The notes under the pieces were generated by a model. That model did not search any database, was not told where the DNA came from, and saw only the letters and a program-made list of their open reading frames with translations. From assembly GCA_022794615.1 (NCBI GenBank), contig JAAWFD010000005.1:1-56916 (forward strand): 56,916 nucleotides of DNA, read 5' to 3'. Shown here piece by piece: positions 9,574-19,542 of this stretch (position 1 is the first letter of the stretch; the number at the start of each line of letters is the position of its first letter). The DNA is from Clostridia bacterium. GTDB lineage: Bacteria; Bacillota; Clostridia; TANB77; CAG-508. The translations under genes and the position numbers were made by a program.

Positions 9574-10164
9574 TTAAAAATCTTCACCATCAGATTCTGG
9601 CTTTGGTTCATACATTTCGGTGTTTTTAATTACATTTGCATTTGTATCTGTTCTGTTTTCGAATTCTTTTACTTCGAAATTTTCGTTGTTTGACATTTCT
9701 TTTGTTGTTTTCTTTATTTGATTAATGATTCTTTCTGTTTTTTCACTTTTCTTTTCATCACCTTTATTTATGAACTTAGTAGCTTTTTCTATTAAATCTG
9801 GCACATAATCTAAAAGTCTATCTATATAGGATGTATGTTCTACTGGTATTAATCTTACATTTTCATTCTGTACTACTAAAAATGCCACTGGATTAATTGA
9901 TACTCCTGCTCCTGCTCCTCCTCCAAATGGTAATTTATATTGTATCTCTTCTTCTTGTTCTCTTTTGGTGTATTCACTTATTGTTTCTTCTTTAAATTCA
10001 CTTCCTCCTGATGCAAATCCAAATGATACCTTTGAAATTGGTATTATTAATAGTCCTTCTATTGCTTCTATTGGCTCTCCAACAATTGTATTTACATCTA
10101 TCATATCTCTTATACTACTCATTGCTGTAAGCATAAGCCCTTCTATCGGATGATTTTCTCTCAT
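9574..10164 (-). CDS. gerW: GerW/YtfJ family sporulation protein
   Basis: 'MIDVNTIVGEPI', 'IIPISKVSFGFASGGSE', 'PFGGGAGAGVSINPVAFLVV'. Confidence 0.92.
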   Translation of the reverse strand: MRENHPIEGLMLTAMSSIRDMIDVNTIVGEPIEAIEGLLIIPISKVSFGFASGGSEFKEETISEYTKREQEEEIQYKLPFGGGAGAGVSINPVAFLVVQNENVRLIPVEHTSYIDRLLDYVPDLIEKATKFINKGDEKKSEKTERIINQIKKTTKEMSNNENFEVKEFENRTDTNANVIKNTEMYEPKPESDGEDF

Positions 10165-10741
10165 TTGTATCCCTTCTTCCTTTTAAAATATTATTTTTTA
10201 ATTGCTTATATATATAATGCATTAAATGTATTCTAAATATGCAATTAATTTTTAAATTTATTAAGTTTTTTTGAATATATATTGGTTTTATTTCATATTT
10301 ATCTTTTTTTGTTATTTTGTCTTTTAATAATATCGCTATAATTGTTGATAATATTCCTACTGATATAGCTGTTAATGCTGCATCTTCTATTCCAATTTCT
10401 ATATACATTTCTAATTTTTTTATCTCTATCTTCAATTCTTTTATTATACTTGTTATGCCTTTAGGTGCTCTATTTCTTTTTAAGAATTTTACATCTAGAT
10501 TCTTTATTGCTTTACTTCTTTGTATATTTCTTATTTTATCTTTTTTTATTTTAAATTTTATTATCTTTAGTTTTTTTAATATTACTAATGATACTATTAT
10601 TTCGTAATCTTTATTTATTATATCTTTTCTTATGGTTGATATGTCTAAATTTTTTATTTCTATTTCTATTTTTGAGTTAAATATTATTGCTAATAATATT
10701 CCTACTACTAATAATATTATTATGCTTACAATAAAAAACAA
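10115..10741 (-). CDS. ytfI: YtfI / DUF2953 family protein
   Basis: 'IGIEDAALTAISVG' DUF2953-type motif; directly upstream of gerW as is usual. Confidence 0.8.
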   Translation of the reverse strand: MFFIVSIIILLVVGILLAIIFNSKIEIEIKNLDISTIRKDIINKDYEIIVSLVILKKLKIIKFKIKKDKIRNIQRSKAIKNLDVKFLKRNRAPKGITSIIKELKIEIKKLEMYIEIGIEDAALTAISVGILSTIIAILLKDKITKKDKYEIKPIYIQKNLINLKINCIFRIHLMHYIYKQLKNNILKGRRDTNERKSSDRRAYAYSNE

Positions 10742-10808
10742 TACTATCGCCTCCTTTTTAGAAGCTTTAGTATTATTTTTCCCATTTTTTTCTAGCTTAT
10801 TCTTTTAT

Positions 10809-11573
10809 TTATTGATTTGTAGTTTGTCTTTGTGATTTCTCAACAACTATTTCTCCAAATACTTCTTCTTGATCTGTTACTACCTTGTTTCTTCTTGATA
10901 GTTCTAATAGTCCTGAAAAAGCTGTTACTACTTCTTGTTTATCATGTTGTTTTATTGAAAATAATTTGTTAAATACAAACTTTCTGGTTTTTGTTAATTC
11001 TTTAAACATCTGCTTTACTTTGTCTGCTACTGTATATGTATCTGTTATTGCTATTTTTTCTATGTTTTTAGCATTTTCATTTATCTTTTCTTCATTTCTT
11101 CTTATAATATTTGCATATATCTCATATATCATTTCTATATTATATTCATATTCAATTTTTTGTGTAGGAAGTTCTATATTCTCTGCCATTTTGAATATTC
11201 TATCTGAATATTTTTCATAGTCTTCTTTTAATTTTTTTGTTATTTCTTTGTATTTTTTGTATTCAATTATTCTTCTTATCAATTCTTCTTCTGTTAATTC
11301 TTCTTCCTCTTCTACTTGCTTTGGTAGTAAACTTTTTGATTTTAAATATAATAAAGTAGATGCCATTACTAAAAATTCACTTGTTATGTCTAAATTCATT
11401 TGTTCCATTTGCTTTATATATTGTATATATTGGTCTGTTATTTCACTTATTTTTATATCATTAATATTCATTTTGTTTTTGTCTATTAAATGGCATAATA
11501 AGTCTAACGGTCCTTCAAAATTTTCCGTTTTTATTGCATATTGTTTTGTTTCTAATGATAGTATGTTATTCAT
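10809..11573 (-). CDS. scpA: Segregation and condensation protein A (kleisin)
   Basis: 'FEGPLDLLCHLI', 'ITDQY', 'SEFLVMASTLLYLKSKSLLP', C-terminal 'FSGLLELS...QEEVFGEI'. Confidence 0.95.
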   Translation of the reverse strand: MNNILSLETKQYAIKTENFEGPLDLLCHLIDKNKMNINDIKISEITDQYIQYIKQMEQMNLDITSEFLVMASTLLYLKSKSLLPKQVEEEEELTEEELIRRIIEYKKYKEITKKLKEDYEKYSDRIFKMAENIELPTQKIEYEYNIEMIYEIYANIIRRNEEKINENAKNIEKIAITDTYTVADKVKQMFKELTKTRKFVFNKLFSIKQHDKQEVVTAFSGLLELSRRNKVVTDQEEVFGEIVVEKSQRQTTNQ

Positions 11574-11589
11574 GTGAACTCCTTTTAGT

Positions 11590-12012
11590 TTAGATTTCTG
11601 AGTTATAGCCTTTTTTGTATAAATATGTTTTTATTTCTTCTTCACTCATTTGATTAGCTTTTTTAATTTTTATTCTCTCTAAGGATTGTCTTTCATATTC
11701 TTCTAGTTCTTCTTTGTTTTTTGAGATGTATTCTTCTATTGTATTTTTGTCTATTCCTTTTTGGTACAATTTGTATTGTATTTCTTTTATAGACATATTT
11801 TTTAAAGCCATATATTCATGTGTCTGTCTCTCCACATAATTATAGTCATTTATATATCCTGCTTCTTTTAAGTATTCTATTATATCTTCTAACATTTCTT
11901 CTTCTATTTCTTTTTGAAATTTTATTCTTACTTCTCTTTCTGTTCTTTTCTTGAACGTTATATATTTGAATACTTTTGTTTTTTGCTTATCAAATTCTTG
12001 TATTGTATACAT
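11590..12012 (-). CDS. recX: RecX regulatory protein (short form)
   Basis: Downstream of recA; 'RTEREVR.K', 'YL...GYIND..Y', 'I.YKLYQKGI', 'YLYKKGY'. Confidence 0.85.
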   Translation of the reverse strand: MYTIQEFDKQKTKVFKYITFKKRTEREVRIKFQKEIEEEMLEDIIEYLKEAGYINDYNYVERQTHEYMALKNMSIKEIQYKLYQKGIDKNTIEEYISKNKEELEEYERQSLERIKIKKANQMSEEEIKTYLYKKGYNSEI

Positions 12013-12040
12013 TTATTACTTCCTTTTTAACTTATTGCTT

Positions 12041-12071
12041 AAATAGGAAAAATCAAAGACTTTCCCTATTT
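12041..12071 (-). terminator. Hairpin between recA and recX
   Basis: AAATAGG-AAA...TTT-CCCTATTT arms. Confidence 0.55.
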
Positions 12072-12127
12072 ATATTTCTGAAATATCCATAAGCATATTT
12101 GATTGTTATATTGGATTATTTTATTGT

Positions 12128-13180
12128 TTATTCCTCTATTTCTTCTTCATCATCTTCTGGCATTTCTTCGCCTAAGCTTTGTTCAAATGCTTTTGCAAAA
12201 TTGTCTCTTACTTTTTGTTCTACTTCTTGTAATATTGCTTGATTTTCTATTAAATAGCGTTTTACATTTTCTCTTCCTTGCCCTATTCTTTCTCCATTAT
12301 AGCTAAACCATGAACCACTTTTTTCTATTATGTCTAAATTTACTGCCATATCTAAGATGTTTCCTTCTTTTGATATTCCTTTTCCATATACTACATCAAA
12401 TTCTGCTTCTCTAAATGGTGGTGCTACTTTATTTTTTATTACTTTTACTCTTACTCTATTTCCTGTTACTTCTCCATCTTGTTTTATATTTTCTACTTTT
12501 CTAATATCCATTCTTACTGAAGCATAAAATTTTAGTGCTCTTCCTCCTGTTGTTGTTTCAGGATTTCCAAACATTACTCCTATTTTTTCTCTTAATTGGT
12601 TTATAAATATTAATACTGTTTTTGATTTGTTTATTGCTCCTGCTAATTTTCGTAATGCCTGTGACATTAATCTTGCTTGTAGCCCCATGTGTGAGTCTCC
12701 CATGTCACCATCTATTTCTGCTTTTGGTACTAATGCTGCTACTGAGTCTACTACTATTACATCTAATGCTCCACTTCTTACTAATGCTTCTGTTATTTCT
12801 AATGCTTGTTCTCCTGTGTCTGGTTGTGATACTATTAAATTATCTATATCTACTCCTAATTTTTTTGCATATACTGGATCTAATGCATGTTCTGCATCTA
12901 TAAAGGCTGCTTCTCCTCCCATTTTTTGTGCTTCTGCTACTACATGTAGTGCTAATGTTGTTTTTCCTGATGATTCTGGTCCAAATACTTCTATTATTCT
13001 TCCTCTTGGTACTCCTCCAATCCCTAATGCTATGTCTAGGCTTAATGCTCCTGTTGGTATTGCTTCTACCTCCATTGCTTTAAATTCTCCTAGTTTCATT
13101 ACTGATCCTTTTCCAAATTGTTTTTCTATTTGGCTCATTGCTACTTCTAGTGCCTTTTTCTTTTCTGTATTTTCTTCCAT
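12128..13180 (-). CDS. recA: Recombinase RecA
   Basis: 'GPESSGKTT', '[10 protein letters not shown]', 'VDSVAAL', '[29 protein letters not shown]'; no intein. Confidence 0.99.
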   Translation of the reverse strand: MEENTEKKKALEVAMSQIEKQFGKGSVMKLGEFKAMEVEAIPTGALSLDIALGIGGVPRGRIIEVFGPESSGKTTLALHVVAEAQKMGGEAAFIDAEHALDPVYAKKLGVDIDNLIVSQPDTGEQALEITEALVRSGALDVIVVDSVAALVPKAEIDGDMGDSHMGLQARLMSQALRKLAGAINKSKTVLIFINQLREKIGVMFGNPETTTGGRALKFYASVRMDIRKVENIKQDGEVTGNRVRVKVIKNKVAPPFREAEFDVVYGKGISKEGNILDMAVNLDIIEKSGSWFSYNGERIGQGRENVKRYLIENQAILQEVEQKVRDNFAKAFEQSLGEEMPEDDEEEIEE

Positions 13181-13200
13181 TATTTTTTCCTCCTAATTAT

Positions 13201-13252
13201 AAACTTTTGTTCGATATATACATTATATACCAAATTTTTGTTTTGTCAATAT
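13201..13252 (-). promoter_or_regulatory. recA promoter with SOS (Cheo/LexA) box
   Basis: TTGACA (13249-13244), 16 bp, TATAAT (13227-13222); CGAAC-AAAA-GTTT at 13213-13201 matches the Firmicutes GAAC-N4-GTTY box. Confidence 0.75.
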
Positions 13253-13479
13253 ATTTTTTAAAAATTTTTCTCTTGTATTTTCCTTCAAACTTTAAAAACA
13301 TTTTTATTCTATCATATCGAATTTTAAAAGTCTATATCATTAATTAATAAATTTTGGTGATTTTTTTGTAATATGTATTGGAATCAATGTTAATGAAACT
13401 CTTTTTCGTAGAATTTGTTGCTACTATGAATGAAGAGTATCACTTAGTTTTATTAAATATGCTTTTAATGAGCGAATAT

Positions 13480-13511
13480 AAGAGGTCCAATTCTAAAAAT
13501 TGGGACCTCTT
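13480..13511 (+). terminator. Hairpin AAGAGGTCCAATT/AATTGGGACCTCTT
   Basis: Near-perfect arms; the T-rich tail follows on the plus strand. Confidence 0.65.
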
Positions 13512-13515
13512 GTAT

Positions 13516-15096
13516 TTATTTTTTAGTCCATGTACTTATGTTGTAAAATGTATTAAACCAATTAGCTGACATACTTCCAGCTAAGTTTTTACTAGATGCT
13601 ACAATATTATAGCTATTGTACAAGCTTATATATGGCACATCATCTATATATATTTCATATAACCTTTTATATTTTTCTTTTAATAATTCTTTATCTGAGA
13701 TATTTTGAACATCATTTATAATATTTCTTACTTCTTCATTGTAATAATTCGCTATATTTCCATCCCCAAAATATTTATATAAATCTATATTTGGTCCTAC
13801 ATATGAGCCACATAATACCATATCATAATTCTTATTTTTAATGTAATTATCATATTGACTATCTATTGCATATATTATAGTAATTTTTATACCAACTGCT
13901 TCTAATTGCTGTTTTATTAATTCTGCTACTTTTGTTCTTTGTTCATTATCTTTATTTACTAATAATCTAAAATTTAATCTTCTGGTATAATAATTTACAT
14001 ATTTTTGCCAATTGTTATATTCATATCTCCAACCATTATCTTGTAAAACCTGATAAAACTTTTCTATATTATAAGTATTTTGGTTTTTTGATTCGTGTAT
14101 CCAGCTTCCATAATCTATCGGAAAGTCTGATTTATAATATTTCGAATTATATACATTTTGTATTATTGTGTCTTTATCTATTGCATACATTATAGCTTGT
14201 CTAACTTCTTTGTTTTGTAAGACTTGGTTTTCTAAATTTAATGATAAGTAATCATACTCTCTTCCTGCTGATTCTATCTTGTTATATCCTATTGTTCCTA
14301 TATATTCTTCTATATTTATGTTGTTTGTACTTATATAATCTATTTTTCCTAACTTAAAGTCATTATATATTTCTCCTACTGTTCCATATAAATTTATATT
14401 TATTGTCTCTATTGCACTTTCTTTTTCTTCTTTGTTCCACCAATTTTCGTTTTTTGCTAATAGTATATTATTAGTTGTTATGCTACTTATTTTATATGGT
14501 CCTGTTCCTATTGCTTGTTTTACTTTGTCTGAATTTATAAAATCTTCATTCTCACAATATGTCTTACTCATTATTGGAAATGTTAAGTTGTATTCGAAAA
14601 ATGGAACTTCTTGATTTAGTATTATTTTTAATGTATATTGGTCTACTGCTTCTACTTGCTCTATATTTTGTACATTTGGTGTATATATTGAATTTATCTC
14701 TTTTAATTTTTGTATGGTATACAAGATATCATTAACTGTTAAGTTTTCTCCTGTTTGCCAATTTACATTTTCTTTTATCTTTATTATATATGTGTTGCTA
14801 CTTGTCTTTGCCCATTCTTCTGCTAATACTCCTTCTATTTCATATCTTGTGTTAAATGTTACTAATGGCTCATATATTAATTTTGCAATGTCTTGCACAT
14901 ATTTGTTGTTACTTAATATTGGATTTATTGTGTCATAACCTGCAATACCTAATTTTAACTCTTGTTTTATTTGTGGCTGTTCTACTTCTTGTTCTGTTTT
15001 TTCTTCCGTATTATTGTTTTTTCTTATTTGGAACATTGCAAATATTAGTATTATTAATACAAATATAAAAAATATGTATTTTATCCCATTTTTCAT
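13516..15096 (-). CDS. Orphan OppA/DppA-family (SBP_bac_5) peptide/nickel-binding protein
   Basis: 'YEPLV...IEGVLAEEW', 'D.YTLKI.L', 'IGTGPYKI', 'VRQAIMYAIDK', 'L..VGIK..I'; N-terminal TM anchor; no permease nearby. Confidence 0.88.
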   Translation of the reverse strand: MKNGIKYIFFIFVLIILIFAMFQIRKNNNTEEKTEQEVEQPQIKQELKLGIAGYDTINPILSNNKYVQDIAKLIYEPLVTFNTRYEIEGVLAEEWAKTSSNTYIIKIKENVNWQTGENLTVNDILYTIQKLKEINSIYTPNVQNIEQVEAVDQYTLKIILNQEVPFFEYNLTFPIMSKTYCENEDFINSDKVKQAIGTGPYKISSITTNNILLAKNENWWNKEEKESAIETININLYGTVGEIYNDFKLGKIDYISTNNINIEEYIGTIGYNKIESAGREYDYLSLNLENQVLQNKEVRQAIMYAIDKDTIIQNVYNSKYYKSDFPIDYGSWIHESKNQNTYNIEKFYQVLQDNGWRYEYNNWQKYVNYYTRRLNFRLLVNKDNEQRTKVAELIKQQLEAVGIKITIIYAIDSQYDNYIKNKNYDMVLCGSYVGPNIDLYKYFGDGNIANYYNEEVRNIINDVQNISDKELLKEKYKRLYEIYIDDVPYISLYNSYNIVASSKNLAGSMSANWFNTFYNISTWTKK

Positions 15097-15260
15097 TTCT
15101 TTTCTCCTTTGTTTTATAATTGTATACTATGAATTTCTTTTTTCTTTTTCATTATAATATATTAATTTTATATGCTAGTCAATATTTGTGAAATATTTAG
15201 TAGAACGATTATATACGATTGTTGGTTATATATTGTGTTTTATTTTTTAACTATTTCTCC

Positions 15261-15284
15261 AGTGAGCGGGAATTCCCGCTCACT
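15261..15284. repeat. Perfect 24-bp palindrome AGTGAGCGGGAATTCCCGCTCACT
   Basis: Second copy of the core at 2585-2608. Confidence 0.75.
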
Positions 15285-15390
15285 ACAAAATTAGTATTTT
15301 CTAAAATATAGATAATTATATCTTTACTATACATATCTGCATGAAATGTTTAATTTAGAAAACTTACAGTTCATACAACTTTTTATATGT

Positions 15391-15419
15391 ATGGAAATAA
15401 TATTTTGTATTATTTCCAT
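15391..15419 (-). terminator. Hairpin downstream of spoVT
   Basis: ATGGAAATAATA / TATTATTTCCAT 12-bp perfect arms. Confidence 0.65.
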
Positions 15420-15512
15420 TAGTTATCTGTAGCTCGCTTCGTTTTACTATGCATAAGTTATTCGTAATTTACTTTGTTTAAACTACTAATTTAACTTCGT
15501 TTCGCTGGATAA

Positions 15513-16067
15513 CTAAATCTCCATTTGGCTTCCTAAAAATGTAGCTGCTGATTGTGCTACTTTTTTTTCTACCTCATTCATTTTTATATTTGTATCTTTT
15601 GATAGTAATATTACTGTCCCTATTGTGTCTCCATTTGATATTATTGGATATACTACCTGTGAATTGTATTTTCTATCACTTTTATCATTTTTTGTTATTG
15701 GCATAGATATGTCACTATTTTCTTTACTTGTATATACTTCTTTGTCTTCCATTAGTTGTTCTAATTCATTACTTATATTTTGTTCTAAATATTCCTTTTT
15801 TGCTCCTCCTGATACTGCTATTATTGTATCTTTATCTGTTATACAAGCTATATGTCCTGTTGTTTTTGATAATGTTTCTGCATATTCTGTGGCAAATTCT
15901 GATAGTTCTCCTATTGGTGAATATTTTTTTAGTATTATTTGACCTTCTCTATCTGTAAATATCTCAAGTGGGTCTCCTTCTCGTACTCTTAATGTTTTCC
16001 TTATTTCTTTTGGGATTACAACCCTACCTAAATCATCTATTCTTCTTACAACTCCTGTTGCTTTCAA
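15513..16067 (-). CDS. spoVT: Stage V sporulation protein T
   Basis: AbrB-type N-terminus 'MKATGVVRRIDDLGRVVIPKEIR' plus GAF domain ending 'A.FLG.QME'. Confidence 0.97.
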   Translation of the reverse strand: MKATGVVRRIDDLGRVVIPKEIRKTLRVREGDPLEIFTDREGQIILKKYSPIGELSEFATEYAETLSKTTGHIACITDKDTIIAVSGGAKKEYLEQNISNELEQLMEDKEVYTSKENSDISMPITKNDKSDRKYNSQVVYPIISNGDTIGTVILLSKDTNIKMNEVEKKVAQSAATFLGSQMEI

Positions 16068-16168
16068 TCTTTTTCCCTCCTTTTATTGTCATATTTGTTT
16101 TTATTATGTCAATTGTGGAAAATTTTATTCATTCTTTTTTGATTTTGCCAAATTTTTTATCTTTCATA

Positions 16169-16555
16169 TTAAAATATATTGGCTAAACTTAATTGGTACT
16201 TGTCTTTTATATGTTTTAATATGAAAATGTTAACTTCAATTTTATCTAACGCTAAATTATATTCTCCTGTTTCTATATAACTTATAATTGATGTTATATC
16301 TGTTTCTACTTTTTCTAATTCATTATGTTCTATATAATAGGCTAATGTTGAATTTTTTTCTTGCCACTTTTCTTTGATTTTTATAGATTGTTCTTTTAAT
16401 TCTGTTTGACTTAGTTTTTGTAGCTTTATATCTTCATTTAACTTTTCTAACTGTCCTATTACTTCATCTGTTGATTTTTTTGTATAATTTTGCATTATTA
16501 CATCCAAACTAATTATAATAGATACTATTATTATGCAAATTAGAATTTCTCTCAT
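16169..16555 (-). CDS. DUF4363 family protein
   Basis: N-terminal TM; 'W......LAYYIEHNELEKV'; usual partner of DUF421. Confidence 0.8.
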   Translation of the reverse strand: MREILICIIIVSIIISLDVIMQNYTKKSTDEVIGQLEKLNEDIKLQKLSQTELKEQSIKIKEKWQEKNSTLAYYIEHNELEKVETDITSIISYIETGEYNLALDKIEVNIFILKHIKDKYQLSLANIF

Positions 16556-16606
16556 TTATTACACCTACTTCCATTATTCGTGTTTTGCTAGCTTATTATT
16601 TAACCT

Positions 16607-17275
16607 CTATTCCTTTTTTTGACAGAATATATCTCCTTTTCCATCTATAGTTACTACTAAAGCTTCTTCTGGTCTTATTTTAAATTTTTGGACTTCTTTT
16701 TTTAACCATTCATAATTTTTACCTATTGCTTTTAAATTTTCTTGCATTACTTTACCATCTACAACTAGGTCATATGGTATACCTTCGTACTCTGGCATTA
16801 TTCCAAAGTCTTCAGGTATAGTATTTCTCTTATTAGGTTTTTGTATTACTGTTACTTGTCCACTTGTTTCTAATATTGCATATTCTACATCTGATAAACT
16901 GCTTACATTTGAAGTTCTTAATCTTTCTTGTAATTCATTTACTGTAAATCTTTCCTTTTTTAATGCTTTTTCTATTATTTTTCCTCTATATATTAATATT
17001 GTTGGCTTTCCACAAATAATTTTTCTTGCATTATTACTTTTTAAATTGATTACTGATATCATTAGATGCATTACTAATAATCCTAGTATTGGTACAATTC
17101 CATTTGTTATTGGTATTCCTGGCTCTGTCATTGGTACTGATGCTAAGTCAGCTATTAATATTGATATTGCTAATTCAAATGGTTGCATTTGCCCTATTTC
17201 CCTTTTTCCCATTAACCTCATTACAATTAATACTATTATGTATAATATTATTGCTCTAAAAAATGTTATTAACAT
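16607..17275 (-). CDS. DUF421 / YetF family membrane protein
   Basis: 'MRLMGKREIGQMQPFE', 'GKPTILI..GKI', 'V.YAILETSG'. Confidence 0.9.
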   Translation of the reverse strand: MLITFFRAIILYIIVLIVMRLMGKREIGQMQPFELAISILIADLASVPMTEPGIPITNGIVPILGLLVMHLMISVINLKSNNARKIICGKPTILIYRGKIIEKALKKERFTVNELQERLRTSNVSSLSDVEYAILETSGQVTVIQKPNKRNTIPEDFGIMPEYEGIPYDLVVDGKVMQENLKAIGKNYEWLKKEVQKFKIRPEEALVVTIDGKGDIFCQKKE

Positions 17276-17481
17276 TTTACTCCTCCTCTTCTTAATCCTT
17301 TAGATTTTATGTTATTCAAATTGTTTTTTTCAAATTTTTATGTGTATATTTTTAACAATTTGAAAAAAAATATTCAATATTTGAATAAATAAAATTTATT
17401 TGTAAATAATATTTCTGTAACCTTATATTTAATTTTCGTATAATAATTTTTTTAATATGTATTAAAAAGGAGGTTAGGGTT

Positions 17482-17853
17482 ATGTCAAATACACAAAGTA
17501 ATACAAATAGTGGTGCAAGCACTGTATGGCAAATCGTTGGAAGATTAGTAGCTGCAGCTATAGTTTTAGCAATTACTGCTTTCTTTACACCTGGTTTTTC
17601 TATAAATAATATATGGGCTTTAGCTCTTGCTGCTATTGTTTTAACTATAATAGATTATCTTATCGTTAAATTCACAGGTTTACATGCTAGTCCTTTTGGT
17701 AAAGGATTTGTAGGTTTTGCCCTTGCAGCTGTAACTTTATATGTTACTCAATTCTTTGTAGCTGGTTATTCTATATCTTGGATGGCAGCTATAATAGGTG
17801 CTTTAATCTATGGTGTTATAGACTACTTCATTCCTGGAAATCAAGAAATGTAA
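17482..17853 (+). CDS. 4-TM 'phage holin family' (YvlD/DUF360-like) membrane protein
   Basis: Four hydrophobic segments, 'PGFSI', 'ALIYGVIDYFIP'; AGGAGG RBS; no phage genes nearby. Confidence 0.75.
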   Translation: MSNTQSNTNSGASTVWQIVGRLVAAAIVLAITAFFTPGFSINNIWALALAAIVLTIIDYLIVKFTGLHASPFGKGFVGFALAAVTLYVTQFFVAGYSISWMAAIIGALIYGVIDYFIPGNQEM

Positions 17854-18003
17854 CTTCATAGAAATTGTTAATATGAATATAAAAATAATTAAAAATTTAG
17901 CTATGCATACTTACTTTTATTACTTTTATTCGCAGAGCTAAGAAAAAATAGGATATTTTTGTAAAAAGTATTTTTACCTTTTATTATAATATCCTATTTG
18001 TTT

Positions 18004-18954
18004 TTATTTTATTTCATTTTTCTCTTTTTCTCCATTGTATTCGTTTACTAAATATAATGGTCTGTTTTTAGTCTCTACAAATATCCTTCCTAAATATTCT
18101 CCTATTATTCCAAATAAAAGTATTTGTATTCCTGAAAAGAATAGTATTAATAATATAATCGCTTGGAAAGCCTGTATTGCCATATGTACTACAAAGCATT
18201 TTGCTATTACATATATAAAGTATACTCCTAATATTATGAATGTTGGTATACTTATATATGTTGCTAATCTTAATGGTGATGTTGTAAATGATGTTATTCC
18301 ATCTATTGCTAAATCTATTAATTTTAAATAATTCCATTTCGTTTTTCCAGCTACTCTTGGCTCTCTATCATATAATACTTCTTTTTTCTTATATCCTATC
18401 CAACTAAACATGGATTTTGTGCATCTTTGCGATTCTCTTAATTTTCTAAGTGCATTTACACATCTTCTGTCTAATAATCTAAAGTCTCCTGTATCTCTTT
18501 GTATTTCCATACCTGCTATTTTTTGTAAAATTTTATAATACATTTTTGATGTGAATTTTTTTAAAAATGTTTCTCCTTTTCTTGTTTTTCTTCTTGCATA
18601 TACATCATCATATCCCTCTTCCCAATATTTTATTAATTCTGGTATTAGTTCTGGTGGGTCTTGCAAGTCTGCATCCATGAATATTACTGCATCTCCTTCT
18701 GCATAGTCTAGTCCTGCTATCATTGCTGTTTCTTTTCCAAAGTTTCTTGATAAATCTACATATGATATTCTATTATCTTGTTTTCTTTGTTCTTTTATTA
18801 TTTCTATTGTTCTGTCTTTACTCCCATCATTAACAAGTAATATTTCAAATTCATAGTTTTCTATTTCCCTTGTTATTTTGTTTAGTCTTTCGAATAAAAA
18901 TGATAATGATTCTTCTTCATTATATGCTGGTATTATTATTGATATTTTTTTCAT
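18004..18954 (-). CDS. GT2 polyprenyl-phosphate glycosyltransferase (GtrB/YkoT-like)
   Basis: 'PAYNEEE', 'NDGSKD', 'LSRNFGKE.A..AG', 'DADLQDPP', 'GDFRL', two C-terminal TMs. Confidence 0.92.
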   Translation of the reverse strand: MKKISIIIPAYNEEESLSFLFERLNKITREIENYEFEILLVNDGSKDRTIEIIKEQRKQDNRISYVDLSRNFGKETAMIAGLDYAEGDAVIFMDADLQDPPELIPELIKYWEEGYDDVYARRKTRKGETFLKKFTSKMYYKILQKIAGMEIQRDTGDFRLLDRRCVNALRKLRESQRCTKSMFSWIGYKKKEVLYDREPRVAGKTKWNYLKLIDLAIDGITSFTTSPLRLATYISIPTFIILGVYFIYVIAKCFVVHMAIQAFQAIILLILFFSGIQILLFGIIGEYLGRIFVETKNRPLYLVNEYNGEKEKNEIK

Positions 18955-19012
18955 TTATTTTTCCTTCCTTTTAGTTTATTATTACACTTATTGGAAATCT
19001 CTACTTGTTATA

Positions 19013-19456
19013 TTAGTTTTTTGATTTTTTAAATATTATAAACTTACTTAATATGTAATTTAATATTATTACTAAAATATTTGCTATTAACTTTATTACT
19101 AATTTATTCATATTTAATAAGTTCACAAATATATATAATATTGTTTCTTCTAATAATAGCGAAAATATTCTTGATATTGTAAATGATGTAATCTCTTTTA
19201 TTAAAGTATTTAATTTAAAGCTTTTACTTTCAAATACAAATAATTTATTTGTAAAATATGCAAATATTACACTTACTATCCAAGCTATTATGTTACTTGT
19301 ATGCATTTCTATTTTTACATTGTTTACTAATATCGCAAATACTATATAATTTATCACAGTAGTTAATATACCAATTACTAGATATCTGATTACTTCTTTA
19401 TATTTTTTTATTAATTCCTTGATTTCTTGCGTTAATTCTTCCTGTTTTATCTTCAT
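19013..19456 (-). CDS. GtrA family flippase
   Basis: 'RYLVIGILTTVINY', 'FAYFTNKLFVF', 'NYILSKFIIF'. Confidence 0.92.
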   Translation of the reverse strand: MKIKQEELTQEIKELIKKYKEVIRYLVIGILTTVINYIVFAILVNNVKIEMHTSNIIAWIVSVIFAYFTNKLFVFESKSFKLNTLIKEITSFTISRIFSLLLEETILYIFVNLLNMNKLVIKLIANILVIILNYILSKFIIFKKSKN

Positions 19457-19542
19457 CTTTTATTACCTTTCTAGTTTTATTAATTATCATTAGTAAATAA
19501 ATTTATATCTGAGTTTTTCAATTTCTTAAATAGTTCATTTTC

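Noticed and set aside
10115-10164. 50-nt ytfI/gerW overlap as a frameshift
   Set aside because: Both proteins look complete and gerW has its own RBS-like sequence; the overlap alone is not evidence of an error.
13378-13569. 63-aa plus-strand ORF between recA and the SBP gene
   Set aside because: No RBS, it runs through a terminator hairpin, and it overlaps the SBP 3' end.
15261-15284. GTGAGCG/CGCTCAC half-sites resemble the lac operator, and a central EcoRI site suggests vector contamination
   Set aside because: Half-site spacing differs from lacO, a degenerate second copy exists at 2585, and the flanks are native AT-rich DNA.
17482-17853. Holin-family gene as a sign of a prophage
   Set aside because: No endolysin, integrase or structural genes; this family is common as a chromosomal membrane protein in Firmicutes.
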